Below the pieces are notes generated by a model. It had not been told where the DNA came from. It did no database searches and worked only from the letters and a program-made list of their open reading frames with translations. A program made the position numbers and the translations under genes. Below, one piece after another: positions 15,297-35,580 of a DNA stretch of 64,000 nt (position 1 is its first letter; every line of letters begins with the position of its first letter). The DNA is from the human T2T-CHM13v2.0 reference genome, Homo sapiens: assembly GCF_009914755.1 (NCBI RefSeq), contig NC_060926.1; one strand, 5' to 3'.

Positions 15297-15659
15297 ATAA
15301 TCATTTATCCTTCATACTGATAATTACCTACAATATTCCTAACCATTGCACTGACCTCACATGTATTTGAAACAATGAAAAGAAAGCCCTCTCCAAATAC
15401 ATGAGAAGACTTCAGTTAGTTTGTTCGAGCCTCCAGACCCTGTCTCCTCAACTGTTCACCAACAGAGAGAAGGGGCTGGTTAGAAGCCAGCCTTGATTGG
15501 GACCTCCCAAGGAGTGCAGAGAGGAGGAAGTCCTGGGTCTTAGTTTAACAGAGGCCAAGAAACACACAAAATTTAGATTCTTCTACTATTACCTGTTGCA
15601 GGAAATGGCAATACTCATCTATCTATACAGAAACATAAACAAGAAACCCAGGAGCCATC

Positions 15660-16910
15660 CTGGCATTTCTCTCCCTCATACTCAGTAGCTAGTCCTTCAC
15701 CATGTCCTGTTCATTTTCACCCCCAACAATTTCTTGACCCAGTCCATTTTCTCCATCCTTAACCACTATATTATTCATTCATCCCACAAACAGATGTTAA
15801 GCATCTAATGTGTGCCAGGCATTGTTCTACAGAACAATTCTGGGGCTACAGTAGTGAATGAAACAGAGACCCCCTACCTTGGTGGAGTTTAGTTTCTGGT
15901 GACCCTGAAGCTACCTACCATCTCTCCACCCTGGATCAAAGCTGCCTCCTGGCTGATCTCTCTACACCCCCTGCAGCCAGAAGCTTGTGGTGTGGCAAAG
16001 CAGACCATGCCACACCAGCACACACATTGGCAAAAAGCTTCCCTTTGCTCATAGGAGACAGAAAACTTCTTAACTTGCCTTCTTGAGCCTACAAACCTTC
16101 AGAGTCCAGCATGGCCAACCCCACCCACCTCTCCAGCCACCCATGACCCCACCCAGCCACACTTGTCTTCTTCTGTCATTCCTCATGTTAAGGACAGAGA
16201 CGCTCACTCCTGCTTTAGGGCCTCTGCCATGCTCTTCCTTCTCCTTGGAACCATCTTCTTCTGTTCAACTTGTTAACTCCTACTCAGCTTTAATCAAATT
16301 CAACAAATTCATTTGATCCCTTCCTTTCTGCATAGTTTGAGGTCCCAGGAATATAAGGTCCCTGCTCTCAAGGCATTTATAGTCTAGCAGGGAAGGAAGA
16401 CAGTGACTGTGAATTATAAGTGCTTGGCTGACCCTGGGGTATACTACTACATCCCACAGAATAAAACCTTTCTGACTTAGTCTCGCTCTTTTCTTGAAGT
16501 CAGAGGGGTCATAGATGGGATCCCACTTTGGTTACTCGTCATGCAATTGTTCATTTATCTAACATATTTATTGAGTACCTTCCATGTGCCAGGCACTGCT
16601 GGGGAACTAAAAAAATAGTGGTGAGCAAGGCAATCTCTGCCGGCATAGAGCTTACATTCTGTGGGGGAAGCCAGACAGTAAGCAAGTAAACAAACGCACA
16701 ATATAATTGCAAGCAGTATTGAATACTGTGAAGGAAAATTGAAGAGAAGGGAGCTAGAATGTGATGGAGAGATTATTTGATTATAGTTTCTTGGGGAAGT
16801 TCCCTCTGAGAGTGTTCACATTTGAGCCAAAGCCTGAATGAAGCAAGGGACCAAGTATAAAGCTGGCAATGATACAGTCCAGGCCAAGAACAGCTCATGC
16901 AAAGGCCCTG
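15660..16910. mobile_element. L2 fragments
   Basis: Typical L2 3' motifs (attcattcat, ttattgagtacc...tgtgccaggcactg, gaacagc...caaaggccctg). Confidence 0.6.
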
Positions 16911-16968
16911 CAGCTTCAGAAGAATCAAAGCCACTTGGGACTAAGCAGCCCTCAAAAGTGGCCCTTTT

Positions 16969-17024
16969 GTGTCTGATTTGCCCCTCTGGTAGAAAAGTGT
17001 CTGATTTGCCTCTCTGGTAGAAAA
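16969..17024. repeat. 28-bp tandem duplication (1 mismatch)
   Basis: gtgtctgatttgcc(c/t)ctctggtagaaaa x2. Confidence 0.9.
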
Positions 17025-17323
17025 ATCTTACAATTGTTGTTCTCCATGGCTGAGAGATAAAATAGAATTTGTGGCCACACCATTTATTTTCACATCAGCG
17101 AGTGAAACCTGGATAGTCCTTCTTCCAATCAGCAACTTTCCTAGTCTTTATCATATGCTTTATCACACTTCAGGTCTACTTCTTTAGATCTTTAGTGACT
17201 ATAATTAATTCATCCCCTTAGAAGCCACAGCAGGCCTCCTGAAGTTCTTATAGCCTGGCTGCTCACACAGACCAATTTCTAAAGCATCTTAGAACAAATC
17301 TGACCCCATATCAGAATTTACTC

Positions 17324-17605
<282 letters not shown>

Positions 17606-19619
17606 AGAATTTACATTTTTAATACATTTGATCAAATTACAACATGGTTTTTAATTGAAATATATAATGATTCACACTGGTACACAATGCTGTACTATGC
17701 AAATGTGTATATAGAAAGAGAGAAAGAATAAGAAACATATATATTAACAGTCTTTGCATTGGGCCTTTGAATGCCCTTGTCAAAACACAATTTGTTCTAA
17801 TGAATAAGAAGGTCAGGGAGTCAGAGTGTCTGTATACTAGAGCATGAGTATTGAAAAGTTCAAGACCTCCTCTTTTAATAACCTCCTTATAGCCATAAGG
17901 TAAATAACAGCCCGACTAGATCTATTTCTTAAATAGAAATGATGGTAAAACACTCAGTACTTTTCCCTCGGAATTAAATAAAATAATGCATGTAAAAATA
18001 CTGTGTAAATATGAGTCACTCTGTAAATATTAGTGTTAAGGTCATCACCAAAAACCCATAAACTGTTAATGACCTTCTTCAAAATATGCCTCTCCCAAAA
18101 GGCTTGAAAAGTGTTTCCACATTAAATCAAGTTGACCTGCTGAGGCCAGAATAAACAACAACTCTTCTAACTAGCAGCTTCATTTTCATGGGTAAATTAG
18201 CTTCAAAAAAGGCAGGCATTGGTAAGAAGCCTAAGGCATGTTTGTTACCAAAAAAATCATACTGTATGAATGAGCATTTACTATGTCAAAAGGTTTTTTT
18301 TTTTTTTTTAACATGTTTGGGTTTGTTTAACCTTAATCACAGCCTAATGCTGGCTGCCATTTTTGCATGGCTGTTTCTCAGGTGGTTAATTTCTGGTGAG
18401 GACAGTGTTGCTGGTTTCTACTCTGAGCCCAGCAGGTCAGTCCGGCTCAACTAGGCGTGGCCAGAAACATCATCTCTATGTAATTTCCTTTTCGGTGATG
18501 GGAGAAAGAAAAATATGTATTTCCTGGAAAATGTGTTTTGTACAGTCATCTTAAATTCCACAAGGGGAAAAAAGTAAACTTCCTTTAAAGATATACATAT
18601 TTAACACTTTCATATGAGGACTTCTCCTTAGAAACAGTGATTTCATTTAAAAAAAAAAAATATTTAGGATTCAGAGACATGAAGGGTTCCATACCCTCAA
18701 AAATTAGAAAAATACTGCCTTGGAGAATGTGGAATAGGCAGACATTTTTTACATGTTATCTTAATATCACCAACAGCAAAACGTTATTTATTGAGTAATC
18801 ACCAAATGTGGTCTATGTGGGCTGCCATAGTGGGAGGCCATGTAGAGCCAATTAACAGCTTCAGTTTCCATCTCCTGGAAGTTAAAATCAGACACCTCAG
18901 CTTGGAAACAGGTTTATAAGCAGGTTTCAGCTTACCCCACTTCTGAAGGGGCAGCCTGGAACACGCTGACTCATAAGAAATCTTTGCAATCATAACAAAT
19001 GGCTCATGTCCTGCGTTAGGCTGACGCATGATCTTATCGTACCCTAGTGGGAAAAGTCCTTCATTCTTAGATCAGTCCTCAGTTCCAAATGGCCATGCCT
19101 GTCCTTCATAGAATCTGCTATTCTATGAGACTGACCAATGGCTAGTTTCTAACGGCCTTCACCTTCTTCCTACGCCGCAAACCCTAATACAGTCTCCATC
19201 CACGGACTCCCCTCCTTTACAGCACTGCGTCTCTCACATCCCCACGTCTCATTTTCCCTCCCTGCTTCTTTTGCATTTCTAGATGCCCAGACTCAGTGAG
19301 AACTGGCAGCATTAAAAGCGCCACCTGTTTAGTTCAGTATCTGGAGCCCTTCCTCCCTGCTGAAGGAGGAGAGGCACGTGAACATTTTGCATGCTGCCAG
19401 ACGCCTGGTTTACCCACTCCTCTCGGGCAGTTCACTCCCAAACACTAGCCGTTCAAGATGAAGCCTGCTCAACCCCATACTCTATACACAGCCCTGGATT
19501 TCTCTGAGCTGGGGGAGACATCTACCAGCCCTACAAGACTGTATTCTATTTCTTGGGGCTCATTTACCACAACATGTGAAAACATGAAATCTCCAGCCTG
19601 TTCAGCTATAATCTCAGCT

Positions 19620-20080
19620 ACAGATAATTGGTAGGGCCTTAGACCAGCACGGACATGCTTCGGTCACCTGGATTCCTTGAGATGGAACACAGAGCAGACT
19701 GCACGGCTCAGGACAGACTGAGAGTAGAGTCTCCCATGGTGTCTTCCTCAGAATGCTCAACCTATTGACCTGTTCCCATGAGACACATACACATACATGC
19801 ATGCATGTACTCACACAGACACGCATGTACGCACACAGACACACATGCACACGCACACTCAGACAGGCATGTACTCATTCTTAACCACATTCTTCTAGCC
19901 TCTCATGCTGTCTTGGAAGAGGTTTTATTGGCTGTGAAACTGATTCCACATTGAATATGTTTGTCCCAGGATGCAGGAACTGAATCATTTCCCTGCAATG
20001 CTTGGTGACATTTCACAGAGTAGCCATTCTTACTCCTGAAGGGAGAGTCTCTGATACTGTTATTGAATGTATATTTTTGT
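19620..20080 (+). repeat. Source copy of 461-bp local duplication
   Basis: Ungapped match to 21008-21468, about 17 mismatches by manual count. Confidence 0.95.
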
Positions 20081-20347
20081 ATCTAAAAACTCTCCTATGT
20101 GATCTCTTCCTCCTTAGGTTTGTAGGAGCAGAGGAAAGGGAGAGATAGGGAGAACACCTAAAAGGGAAGAGGCAAAAGCTGGAGGCATTCCTCAGTTTAA
20201 GGGAGGAAATAAGAGATGCAGAATATAAAACAGGAGAAAAGAGAGCCATCTCATCCTGCCAAGGAGAAGAGTTACAATGAACTATTTTAGCTTAGTGCTT
20301 GAGACAGGCCCTGAGTAGAGTGAATCTGGGTTTCAATTCCAGCTCTA

Positions 20348-20639
20348 CTTTTTTTTTGAGATGGAGTCTTGCTCTGTCACCCAGGCTGGAGTGCAGTGGC
20401 ACAATCTCGGCTCACTGCAACCACCGCCTCCCAGGTTAAAGTGATCCTCCCACCTCGGCCTCCCGAGTAGCTGGGACTACAGGTGCACACCACCATACCC
20501 AGCTAGTTTTTGTATTTTTTGTAGAGACAAGGTTTCACCATGTTGCCCAGGCTGGTGTCAAACTCCTGAGCTCAAGCGATCTGCCCACCTCAGCCTCCCA
20601 AAGTGCAGGGATTACAGGCATGAGGCACAGGACCCAGCC
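20348..20639 (-). mobile_element. Alu inserted in MIR
   Basis: Antisense Alu; TSD ccagctctac. Confidence 0.9.
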
Positions 20640-20901
20640 CCAGCTCTACCTTTGATGCTTTATTTAAGTTCTCTGATCACTCAGTTTTCTTATCTATAAA
20701 ATGAGGGAGAGGTGGGGTAGTGGAGAGAATAACTCTAGTTACTTTACAGGATTGTTGTGAGAATTGAATAAGATAATACTAAAGCAGTTGGCAGTTGTTG
20801 CACATAGTAAATGGTCAATACATATTGATGATGATGATGGTGAAGATGATTGAGTCAGGGATCCCTAAGACCACCCTTAGGTTTAAAGATTCGCTAGAAG
20901 T

Positions 20902-21657
20902 GGCCAGGCACAGAGGCTCTTGCCTGTAACCCCAGCACTTTGGAAGGCTGAGGCAGGAGGATCACTTGAGATCAGAAGTTCAAGATCAGCCTGGGCAACA
21001 CAGCGAGACAGATAATTGGCAGGGCCTTAGACCAGCACGGACATGCTTCAGTCACCTGGATTCCTTGAGATGGAACATAGATCAGACTGCATGGCTCAGG
21101 ACAGACTGAGAGTAGAGTCTCCCATGGTGTCTTCCTCAGAATGCTCAACCTATTGACCTGTTCCCATGAGACACACACACATACATGCATGCATGTACTC
21201 ACACAGACATGCATGTACGCACACAGACACACATGCACGCACACACTCAGACAGGCATGTACTCATTCTTAACCACATTCTTCTAGCCTCTCATGCTGTC
21301 TTAGAAGAGGTTTTATTGGCTGTGAAACTGGTTCCACATTGAATACGTTTGTCCCAGGATGCAGGAACTGAATTATTTCCCTGCAATGCTTGATGACATT
21401 TCACAGAGTAGCCATTCTTACTCCTAAAGAGAGAGTCTCTGATACTGTTATTGAATGTATATTTGTGTCTCTACCAAAACCCAAAAAAATTAGCCAGGCA
21501 TGGTAGCGCATGCCTATAGTCCCAGCTACTCAGGAGGCTAAGGTTGGAGGATCGCCTGAGCCCAGGAATTTGAGGCTGCAGTGAGCTTGATTGTGCCACT
21601 GCACTCCAGCCTGGGTGATAGAGCAGGACCCTGTCTTTAAAAAAAAAAAAAAAAAAA
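20902..21657 (+). mobile_element. AluJ-type element interrupted by a 461-bp insert (21008-21468)
   Basis: The left arm stops at ...cagcgagac and resumes at tgtctctacc, followed by the right arm and A tail. Confidence 0.9.
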
Positions 21658-22438
21658 GAGAGACTAAAAATTCCATAACTTTAGCAGAATAGTAGACCCA
21701 AATCTGCCACAGCTAAACTGAGGAATTTTGCCCTGTGTCCAGCCCAGACCTTGCAGAACAGGCTCATTCTAAAGAAGAGAGCCAAGAAGCTCCCACAGGG
21801 ACAGCTAAGAAGAGAATAGGGAAGGCCCTTTGGGAAGGCAAACCCTTCGTTTACATTTCAATACAGAGGGCAAAAAGTAAGAATAGAATTTAGGAAAATG
21901 TCCTGAATGGTAGACTGGTGGGTGAATTATTTGGCTTCTTTTTGTATTTTTGTGAAATAAATACATATTAGGAGGGGGGAGAAAGCTTTTTGGAACCTTC
22001 ATAGCTTTCCATCATTGGGGAAAAGCTTGCTTTGCTTTTTAACACATTTGTAACTAAAAGCCAACACTTCAAACAAAAACGTAGCAGGGGAGAGGAGAGA
22101 TGTGTGTTCTGCTTTGGGCTTGAACCTAAGGGGAAGAATTCCCCAAAGAGGAGACAGGCATTGAGGACCACGAAAAAGGATGAATAATTCTCGGAGCTTG
22201 TAGCCCAAGAGAGTGAAAAGAGGCTTGGGTTTGACCAGCAAGAACACAATATCACACAAACCATTTGACTAAAGGTGCACACAGGGCTGTTATCATATCG
22301 CTGTAAAGAAGTCCAGGTGTGTGGGCTCCAGTGTACACACCTGCCAGCCTAGCCACATCCCTACTCCCAAATGAATTCATGGGATGTGTAATTCTCTTTG
22401 GGATTCATATCTGGGAAGCAAAGAAGATAGGTAACTCA

Positions 22439-22771
<333 letters not shown>

Positions 22772-23006
22772 AAGTGCCGTCTTATTTAGCAACATTAGGT
22801 AAAACAGAGGAGAGGACAACACAAACCCACCTTCTTTTCACAGTTGTCAATTGAAGGGAATGACACAGTCCCATGCCCCAGGAGCCAGGAACATCCAGCC
22901 TCCTCTCATCCAAAAAATGTTTTAAACCCAAAGACTTGATGTAATGCTCCTGTTGAAATAAATAGTGTTATGGTATATTAAGTGTTTAATTTGCTTTGTT
23001 TCTTAG

Positions 23007-23060
23007 ATCCCAAGAGATGACCCTGAGACATTTAAACCTTGGTCTATCCCTATAGCATAA
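23007..23060 (+). pseudogene. AOX2P: AOX2P terminal exon 35, coding part to stop codon
   Basis: tag|ATC CCA AGA GAT GAC...GCA TAA; IPRDDPETFKPWSIPIA*; AATAAA downstream at 23326-23331. Confidence 0.88.
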
Positions 23061-23931
23061 CACTGCTATCATTCCCTAAAAGGTAAGATCAATAAGCTAA
23101 AAGATAATTATTCAAAGTGGGGGAAAAAATATCAGCCAATCCAGGCTTTCAAACTTCGTTCTATAGAAATCAAGAATTGCACAAGTGCTTAAATCATGCT
23201 TCATTTTAAAGTCAATATATCTTATCCAATATTTAAGTCCTTTAACACTAAATATGCATGGTTCTGGGAACTGACAAAGAAAGGCCAGGGTGTTTTAACC
23301 AACATGATAGTTTTTTTAATTTTAAAATAAAATATGAAAATACACTGGATTAAAATATTTAAAAAGCCTGCTCCCTGATTCTTTTAAGAATCACAACTGG
23401 AATGCAAAAAAACAAACTGAAATCCACTGATTACTCCATTTATAATTAACTAGCACTATTTGGAAGAGTTATCTCTTTGTATTTATTGAGTTCAACTGCT
23501 ACAATTTTGTGCTGCTGCTTAACACTACACACAGAGCACTGAAGGCTTTGGAGAGTGGCCACAGAAACTCCTTGGGAAATATATGCTGATAAGAAAAAAC
23601 ATGGTTTTTTTGTTACAAAATTAAACTTCTACTTTCTGCACACTTACTGGGCAATAACTGAAAACACTGGGGAAGAGAGAGAACTATGGCATAAATTCAG
23701 ATAAAATAAAATAAAATTTTTTCATTAAAATCTAATTTTCCAATGTAACTGTTTAAAAACACCCACAGGTATTAACACATATAATATACATTTAATTCCA
23801 TTGTGCTTTGTCATATGAGAACAACTTGTATTGATGTTTTTACTAAATCAGACTAAATAACCGATGAGAATTTGCTTCTCCTTTACAACACAAATCAAAA
23901 TAAGCAACACTTAAAATTACATCTTACATTA

Positions 23932-24985
<1,054 letters not shown>

Positions 24986-27309
24986 TTAATTAAAATTAAA
25001 AAGTAAAGAATTTTTTAAAAGACCGTCCTCAAATTGCAAGACAAATTTAAAAAGCAAAAAAAAGCCTCTTGTCACTTTACCATTTATAATTACTTCTGTG
25101 TGTCAGAATGTTATCCATGCCATGAATCAACACAAGATGCAGATATAAATTGCATTCTGAGTCTGTAATTGTTATCCTTTACCTGCAATTTCAAATTTTT
25201 ACATTCTTCAAAGTAACATAATTGGCTCTTATATATTTGCTTTATAAGGAAGTGTTCAACACTGATCTTATAAATCAAATTTATACCACACTAAAAACAT
25301 ACACATGTGAGTATGTTCCCCATGACATTTTAAACCTCTGCTAAAAATATTCAAAAACTTCTGATGTCATCCAGCTTCTTATTTTATAAATGAAGACACG
25401 GAGCCCAGAGGAGAATGGTAACTACCCAAACGTACTTATTCATAGCTGTAAATCTTATCAACCCAATTGTCAATCATTTATTGTTCTTCTCCCTATATAT
25501 AAAGTTGAGAGATTTGCACACTTTGTTTCATAATTATTGTCTTGTCTTTTTTTTTTCCAGGTGTTTCAGTTTTTCACAAGTAAAAAGATGGCTTGTTAAT
25601 CCTAACTGGGTTCCAAACTTATATTCTTATACTGTTGTAGAAAAAAATAGACACAAAATTTAGAAACGTTATCCAACTTTGATTATGTTAACCCAATGAA
25701 TCATTATTTGCAAAGCATTTCACTTAGACTTTCCAGCCTAGAGGCCACCAGAAAAGCACTGCTGTATCCACAGTAAGCAAGTTTAGTGCTGATTTGTTTC
25801 TGAAAAGATCACGTAAATGTTGCTGTAAAAGCAAACTTTTCCTTTCTGTGTCCATCCAATCTAAATGGGCTGGTAATACAGGTTATGATTATAGAATGAA
25901 AGACACTTCTTGGTAGATAAATATATGATGACTTTTCCCAGGGGTGTATTTGATTCAGTAGCCACAAGAGAGTTCTGCAGGTTTTGTTTTGCCATGGATT
26001 GACCATAAGTCTATGTACGTGCATTTGACAGCAAAGGAGTGGTATTTCCCTCATGCACATCTACTATTCAACTGATTAACATTCTTTTGGATTTGGAGGA
26101 GGGGAAAAAGCAATATAAAAACATTTTCAATATCTTGCCCCCAACCCCTCTGTGTTGTTGTTGCTGTTGTTGAAAAACATCCAATCTGGTATCAGAGTTT
26201 AAGAAATATTGCATATTTCAGTTTCCCATAGATTGAAGTGAGAACATAAAGCAAAAGAATTATAAATTGTAATTACCCCCTACATTGTGGTTTAAAATAT
26301 GCAAGATCCTCTCTACCAATAACTTTGAGAAGGAAAAACAAAAGAAAAAAAGAAATAAGATATATGGGATCCACCAAATTACATTCATCTGAGTTTAGAG
26401 GCCTTCAGAGAGAGGAACCAGCGTACAAATTAGGCCCTATTTGACCAGAAAGTCAGGGGCAAGCTGATTTTCTACTAGCCAGATTTCACACGATCAGGCT
26501 CCCCAAGGCATGGTCTGCAGTGACCCCTGCAGTGGCCGAAGGAGGAGAGGCAGAGCTGAGAACGCTGGGTGTTGGGTGAGAGAAGGTAGGCAATAAGGCA
26601 TACAATACAGCCCGGAGGAGGCCGAAGGTCCTTAAAGCCATGGGCACGTTGTCATGAGAGGCTGGGGCATAGCTGTCCACAGGCCCATCTGCGGACATTG
26701 GAGGCTTCCCTACACCACAGGAGCCCAAGAGATAAAGCAGCACAGGAGCACAAAGAGGAGGAGGCAGGAGCAGAAGGGTCATGGGCAGGACAAAAATTAC
26801 GCAAGACACAGGAACATTAAGAGCTGAGAACCTTAGTGGGAGTGGCTGGGGTGAAATAAGTTGAAAGTATTTTTTTTACTTTTTTTTAGCTCTTTTGAAA
26901 ATAAAATCCTTAATCTAATAAGAATGTGAGAAGTTTGTCTTATCATGTGTATCATTTTAAATGATGGTAAATTGTATTTCTTTTTTTTAGAATCTTGTCA
27001 GTTAGAGCTAAGGATAGTTACTGGGCATTTATTTTCTATTTGTCATGGTTCAAAACTACAAAGCACTAAACATAGAGGGGCTTGAATAAAAATTATTTCT
27101 GTGAGTTGATGCACTAAAATCTGGATGGCATGGATGTTAATAAAATACTTTTTTAAAAAGATACAGTTGAAGCCATATATTTGAAACCAGTTCTTTGGGC
27201 TCAATAAACATCATTAAAATATGAAACAGACTAAAATGTTTAAATAAGTAATACATTAACATGGCTCGAATGTTTTAAAAAAAGGTAAAGCAAAGACTTA
27301 CTCTCATAC

Positions 27310-28012
<703 letters not shown>

Positions 28013-29214
28013 CATACCACCCCCATCCATCCAATTCTCACACATGCACAGAGTATAACTTCTGCTTTCCCAGAAAGCCCAGCATGTAACCTGTACTAGA
28101 ATGCCCAGCCACTCTTGGCAAAGTCAGAGCTACTCAGCTGGCCCTACAAATGGACAGGACACAACGGCCAAATGTCAGAATGTTTGAGGAAGTCTAGGGC
28201 AACAGGACAAGTACCTGGTTCCTGCCCTTATTTTCACACCTGCTGTGCCCCTTCTCTCTGTCTAAACAATTCCATTCTACCAGCTTCCCAACATCAGCAG
28301 CAGCCTGATGCCTGTAAGGGTGAGGAAGCATAACCCTTAATGCTCATCATGGGCTTCATGGAACCTCCTATTTCTTACTCCCTGGGCCTCGGAGCACAGG
28401 AGACATTTGTACTCTTGCCATCTGAGCCTGAGTTCTCTGAGTAGGTTTTCTCTTTTGTAAAGAAAAACAGACTGCTCCCGGTTCCATCCCAGAACAGTGA
28501 AAATTAACACTTTATCTGTCTCATAGATTTGAGTAGGCAAATAGCAAAAAGATAAGCTTTCTAATTTGTAAGATGTCAAAAGGAAGTCAAAAAATTAGGC
28601 AGAAATAGTTGGAGACAGAAAATAATGGAATTTTCTCAGTCCCGCCACACAACCCTGAAAGTCAGTGTTAAGATGCCACCGAGTACAAAGCAATAGTGTT
28701 CCTTCCTTTGCCGAGCCACACAGGACAGGCTCCCCTGTGCTCCTGTAACTTCACATTTAGATGATTTTACTGGCTAGCTATTGGTCTTGTTCCAAACCAT
28801 TCTGCCAAGATAATATTTCTCAACATCTGTAACCACCCACTGTCACTATGTAAAAGAGTTGCATTCAACAGGACAGTTTCTTCTTCCAAAAGGGACTTTA
28901 CTGTCTTCTGTAAATTGGTCACCTGTTGTTTTTATTTGACTGCTGTCTCTTCCTTTGGGAAATTATCCATCCTCCACTCCATGTGTTCCAAACAAGCTGC
29001 TGGGAAAGGAATGAGATAAGCTGGGTTAGAGTCTCTCCTGAGAGATAGGCTCTTGCGCAAGCTACACAAGCTAAAGGGCCACTGTAGCAGGTCGCCTGGA
29101 TGGCCGCGTTGAGTCCACAAGCTTCTGCTGCTGAGCTCCTCAGAAGTGTCCTCGTTCCTGCGCCCCATTCTTCAGCTCTGCCCTCAATTCTGTGACCTAC
29201 CAGCACCTTTCCAG

Positions 29215-29935
<721 letters not shown>

Positions 29936-30424
29936 TCTACCCATAAACCTTGCTGAGGCTAATGGATAGTTTTGGGGTAGAAGTGACTCTCTCTCCTTTA
30001 TGCCCCTATTGTGTCTGGTTCTTACATAACACACAATCGATTTGTCTGCATGTGCATCCTTTCTTTCTAGATGAGCCACTGGCTGATGACAGGGATTGTG
30101 TTTTACTCATCTCTTACCACAGGGTCCATCTCAAACTGATACTTGCATATGTTTGATTAAGGAAGAGCCAATGAATGTGCTCTATGACAACAAAAGTACA
30201 GATGAAACCTACACTGTGTAACTCAGATACCCATGAGCCAGGAGACCTAAGGAAGGTAAAAAGAAAGAACCTACAGTTATTTGGCAAAGAAACCAGGCTT
30301 CACTTTTTTTTGGATATAAATCTGCTGGAGCCACTATTTATTTTACTTGCATGTATTAAGCAAAATTTTCCAAAACTTGGAAACAATGCAAAAAAGAAAA
30401 AAAAATACTGTGAGCCGTTTCTTT

Positions 30425-30950
30425 TCTTTTAGAAACAGGGTCTCACTCTGTCATCCAGGCTGGAGTGCCCTAGTACAATCATGGCTCACTGCAGCCTCAA
30501 ACTTCTGGGCTCAAGCAATCCTCCCATCTTGGCCTCCAGAGTAGCTAGGACTACAGGACTGTGCCACCAGGCCTGGCTAATTTTTTAATGTTTTGTACAG
30601 ACAGGATCTCCCAATATTGCCCAGGCTGGTTTCAAAGTCCTGGCCTCAAGCGAACCTCCCCACTCAGATAACTTGTCAATGTTATCTTCCAGCACTGTCT
30701 AATAAACCCATTACAGAGTTATCTGACGCTCTAGGGCTGCCCTGTCTATATGGTAGCCACCAGCCACATGTGGCTATGTACATTTAATTTTTAATAATTT
30801 AAATAAAAAATTCAGTTCCCTAGTTTCCTTAGCTACATTTCAAGTACTGTATTCAGTAACCACATGCAGCTACTGGGTACCCTATTAAACAGCACAGAAA
30901 AGACCAGTATCCATCACTCCAGAAAGTTATATAGATGGGTTTGCTCTAGG
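30425..30950. mobile_element. AluJ (-) fragment followed by MER3-like DNA transposon
   Basis: Alu consensus; gtagccaccagccacatgtggctat inverted-repeat motif. Confidence 0.65.
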
Positions 30951-31004
30951 GAAATGTAACTTTATATATCTGCCATTTATTAGGGCCCAGACCACATTAG
31001 ATCA

Positions 31005-31788
<784 letters not shown>

Positions 31789-32439
31789 GTGTTAACTTGC
31801 AAAACATTGATAAATTACAAAGAATTGCTGTATAGTTGAAAAGAAATCCCCCAAGGTTTCAGTTTTATTGCCCTTAGGACATTAACCAGTTTTGTTTTGT
31901 TGTTTATTTGGGTTTTTTTCCCCCTAATCTGCAATCTTATTCTGATGTTCTTTCTTCCATATTGGTTTCTCACATCTTCCTTTGAACTTGCTTTATTACA
32001 CTCGCTCCCTCATTGACTATATCTTTGAAATCTGCTCACTACATATTGTATAGGAGTCACTATATATTGTACAGCTTTAAGGTCACAAGTGGTTTTTGGT
32101 TCCATGAGTGAATCGTATAGTGGTGAAGTCTGAAACTTTAGTGTACCCATCACCCAAACAGTGTACATTGTACCTAATAGGTAGTTTTTCATCCATCACC
32201 CCTCTCCCACACTCCCTCCTTGGTTTATATGCTTAAAGTTAGATGCTGACATGCAACCAACAAAGGAAAAACAAACAAACACAGGACTCTAAGGTTCTTC
32301 CGTATGTAAGAAGAGCCTACATAATTTATACAGCGATTAACCTGATGAAATAGTTTATTTACAATTTAAATGAATAAATTTCATATTCTACAACACATAT
32401 AATCTATTGACTAAATGTAACTAATGATGAACCTCCATA

Positions 32440-34725
<2,286 letters not shown>

Positions 34726-35044
34726 AAAAATGATAAACTTCTTTCTTTTCCTTTTTTTTCCTTTTAGTAAATATAACAAGAACAGAGCCTGTACCGATTT
34801 AGTTAAGACCTTTTTCCATTTCTTTGGTTTCTTTGTTCCTTGTGCTCAAGAATTTGTTGGAATGTAAATGTCCTCCAAGCTTATCCAGATAAGTATAATG
34901 AAAATATATTCCTCCCAAGGCCTTTCAAACACCATTGTTACCAATAGTTTATTTATATTTTTATCCAAAAAGTAAATAAATCAAAGTTTGGGAGCTCATT
35001 TTTCAATCTCCACAAGTTGCTCATAATCCACAAAAATTGAGGAA

Positions 35045-35046
<2 letters not shown>

Positions 35047-35088
<42 letters not shown>
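35047..35088. repeat. (CA)n microsatellite, about 21 units
   Basis: Direct reading. Confidence 0.95.
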
Positions 35089-35093
<5 letters not shown>

Positions 35094-35238
35094 AATCCTC
35101 TTCTCCTTGGCCCTAATGCTCTTCTTCCCACTCCTAAATTATCTATCCCTAGAAGAAGCAAGAGTAGATCTATCAGAACCACTTAAGGAGCTTTTTCAAA
35201 ATTCCCACATCCTGCTTCCCACCCCTACCCTATCCTGA

Positions 35239-35580
<342 letters not shown>

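Noticed and set aside
26486-26809. 107-aa minus-strand ORF with hydrophobic stretches
   Set aside because: Non-ATG start; the N-terminal half is a pyrimidine tract; no recognisable homology. Kept only as a possible non-coding exon.
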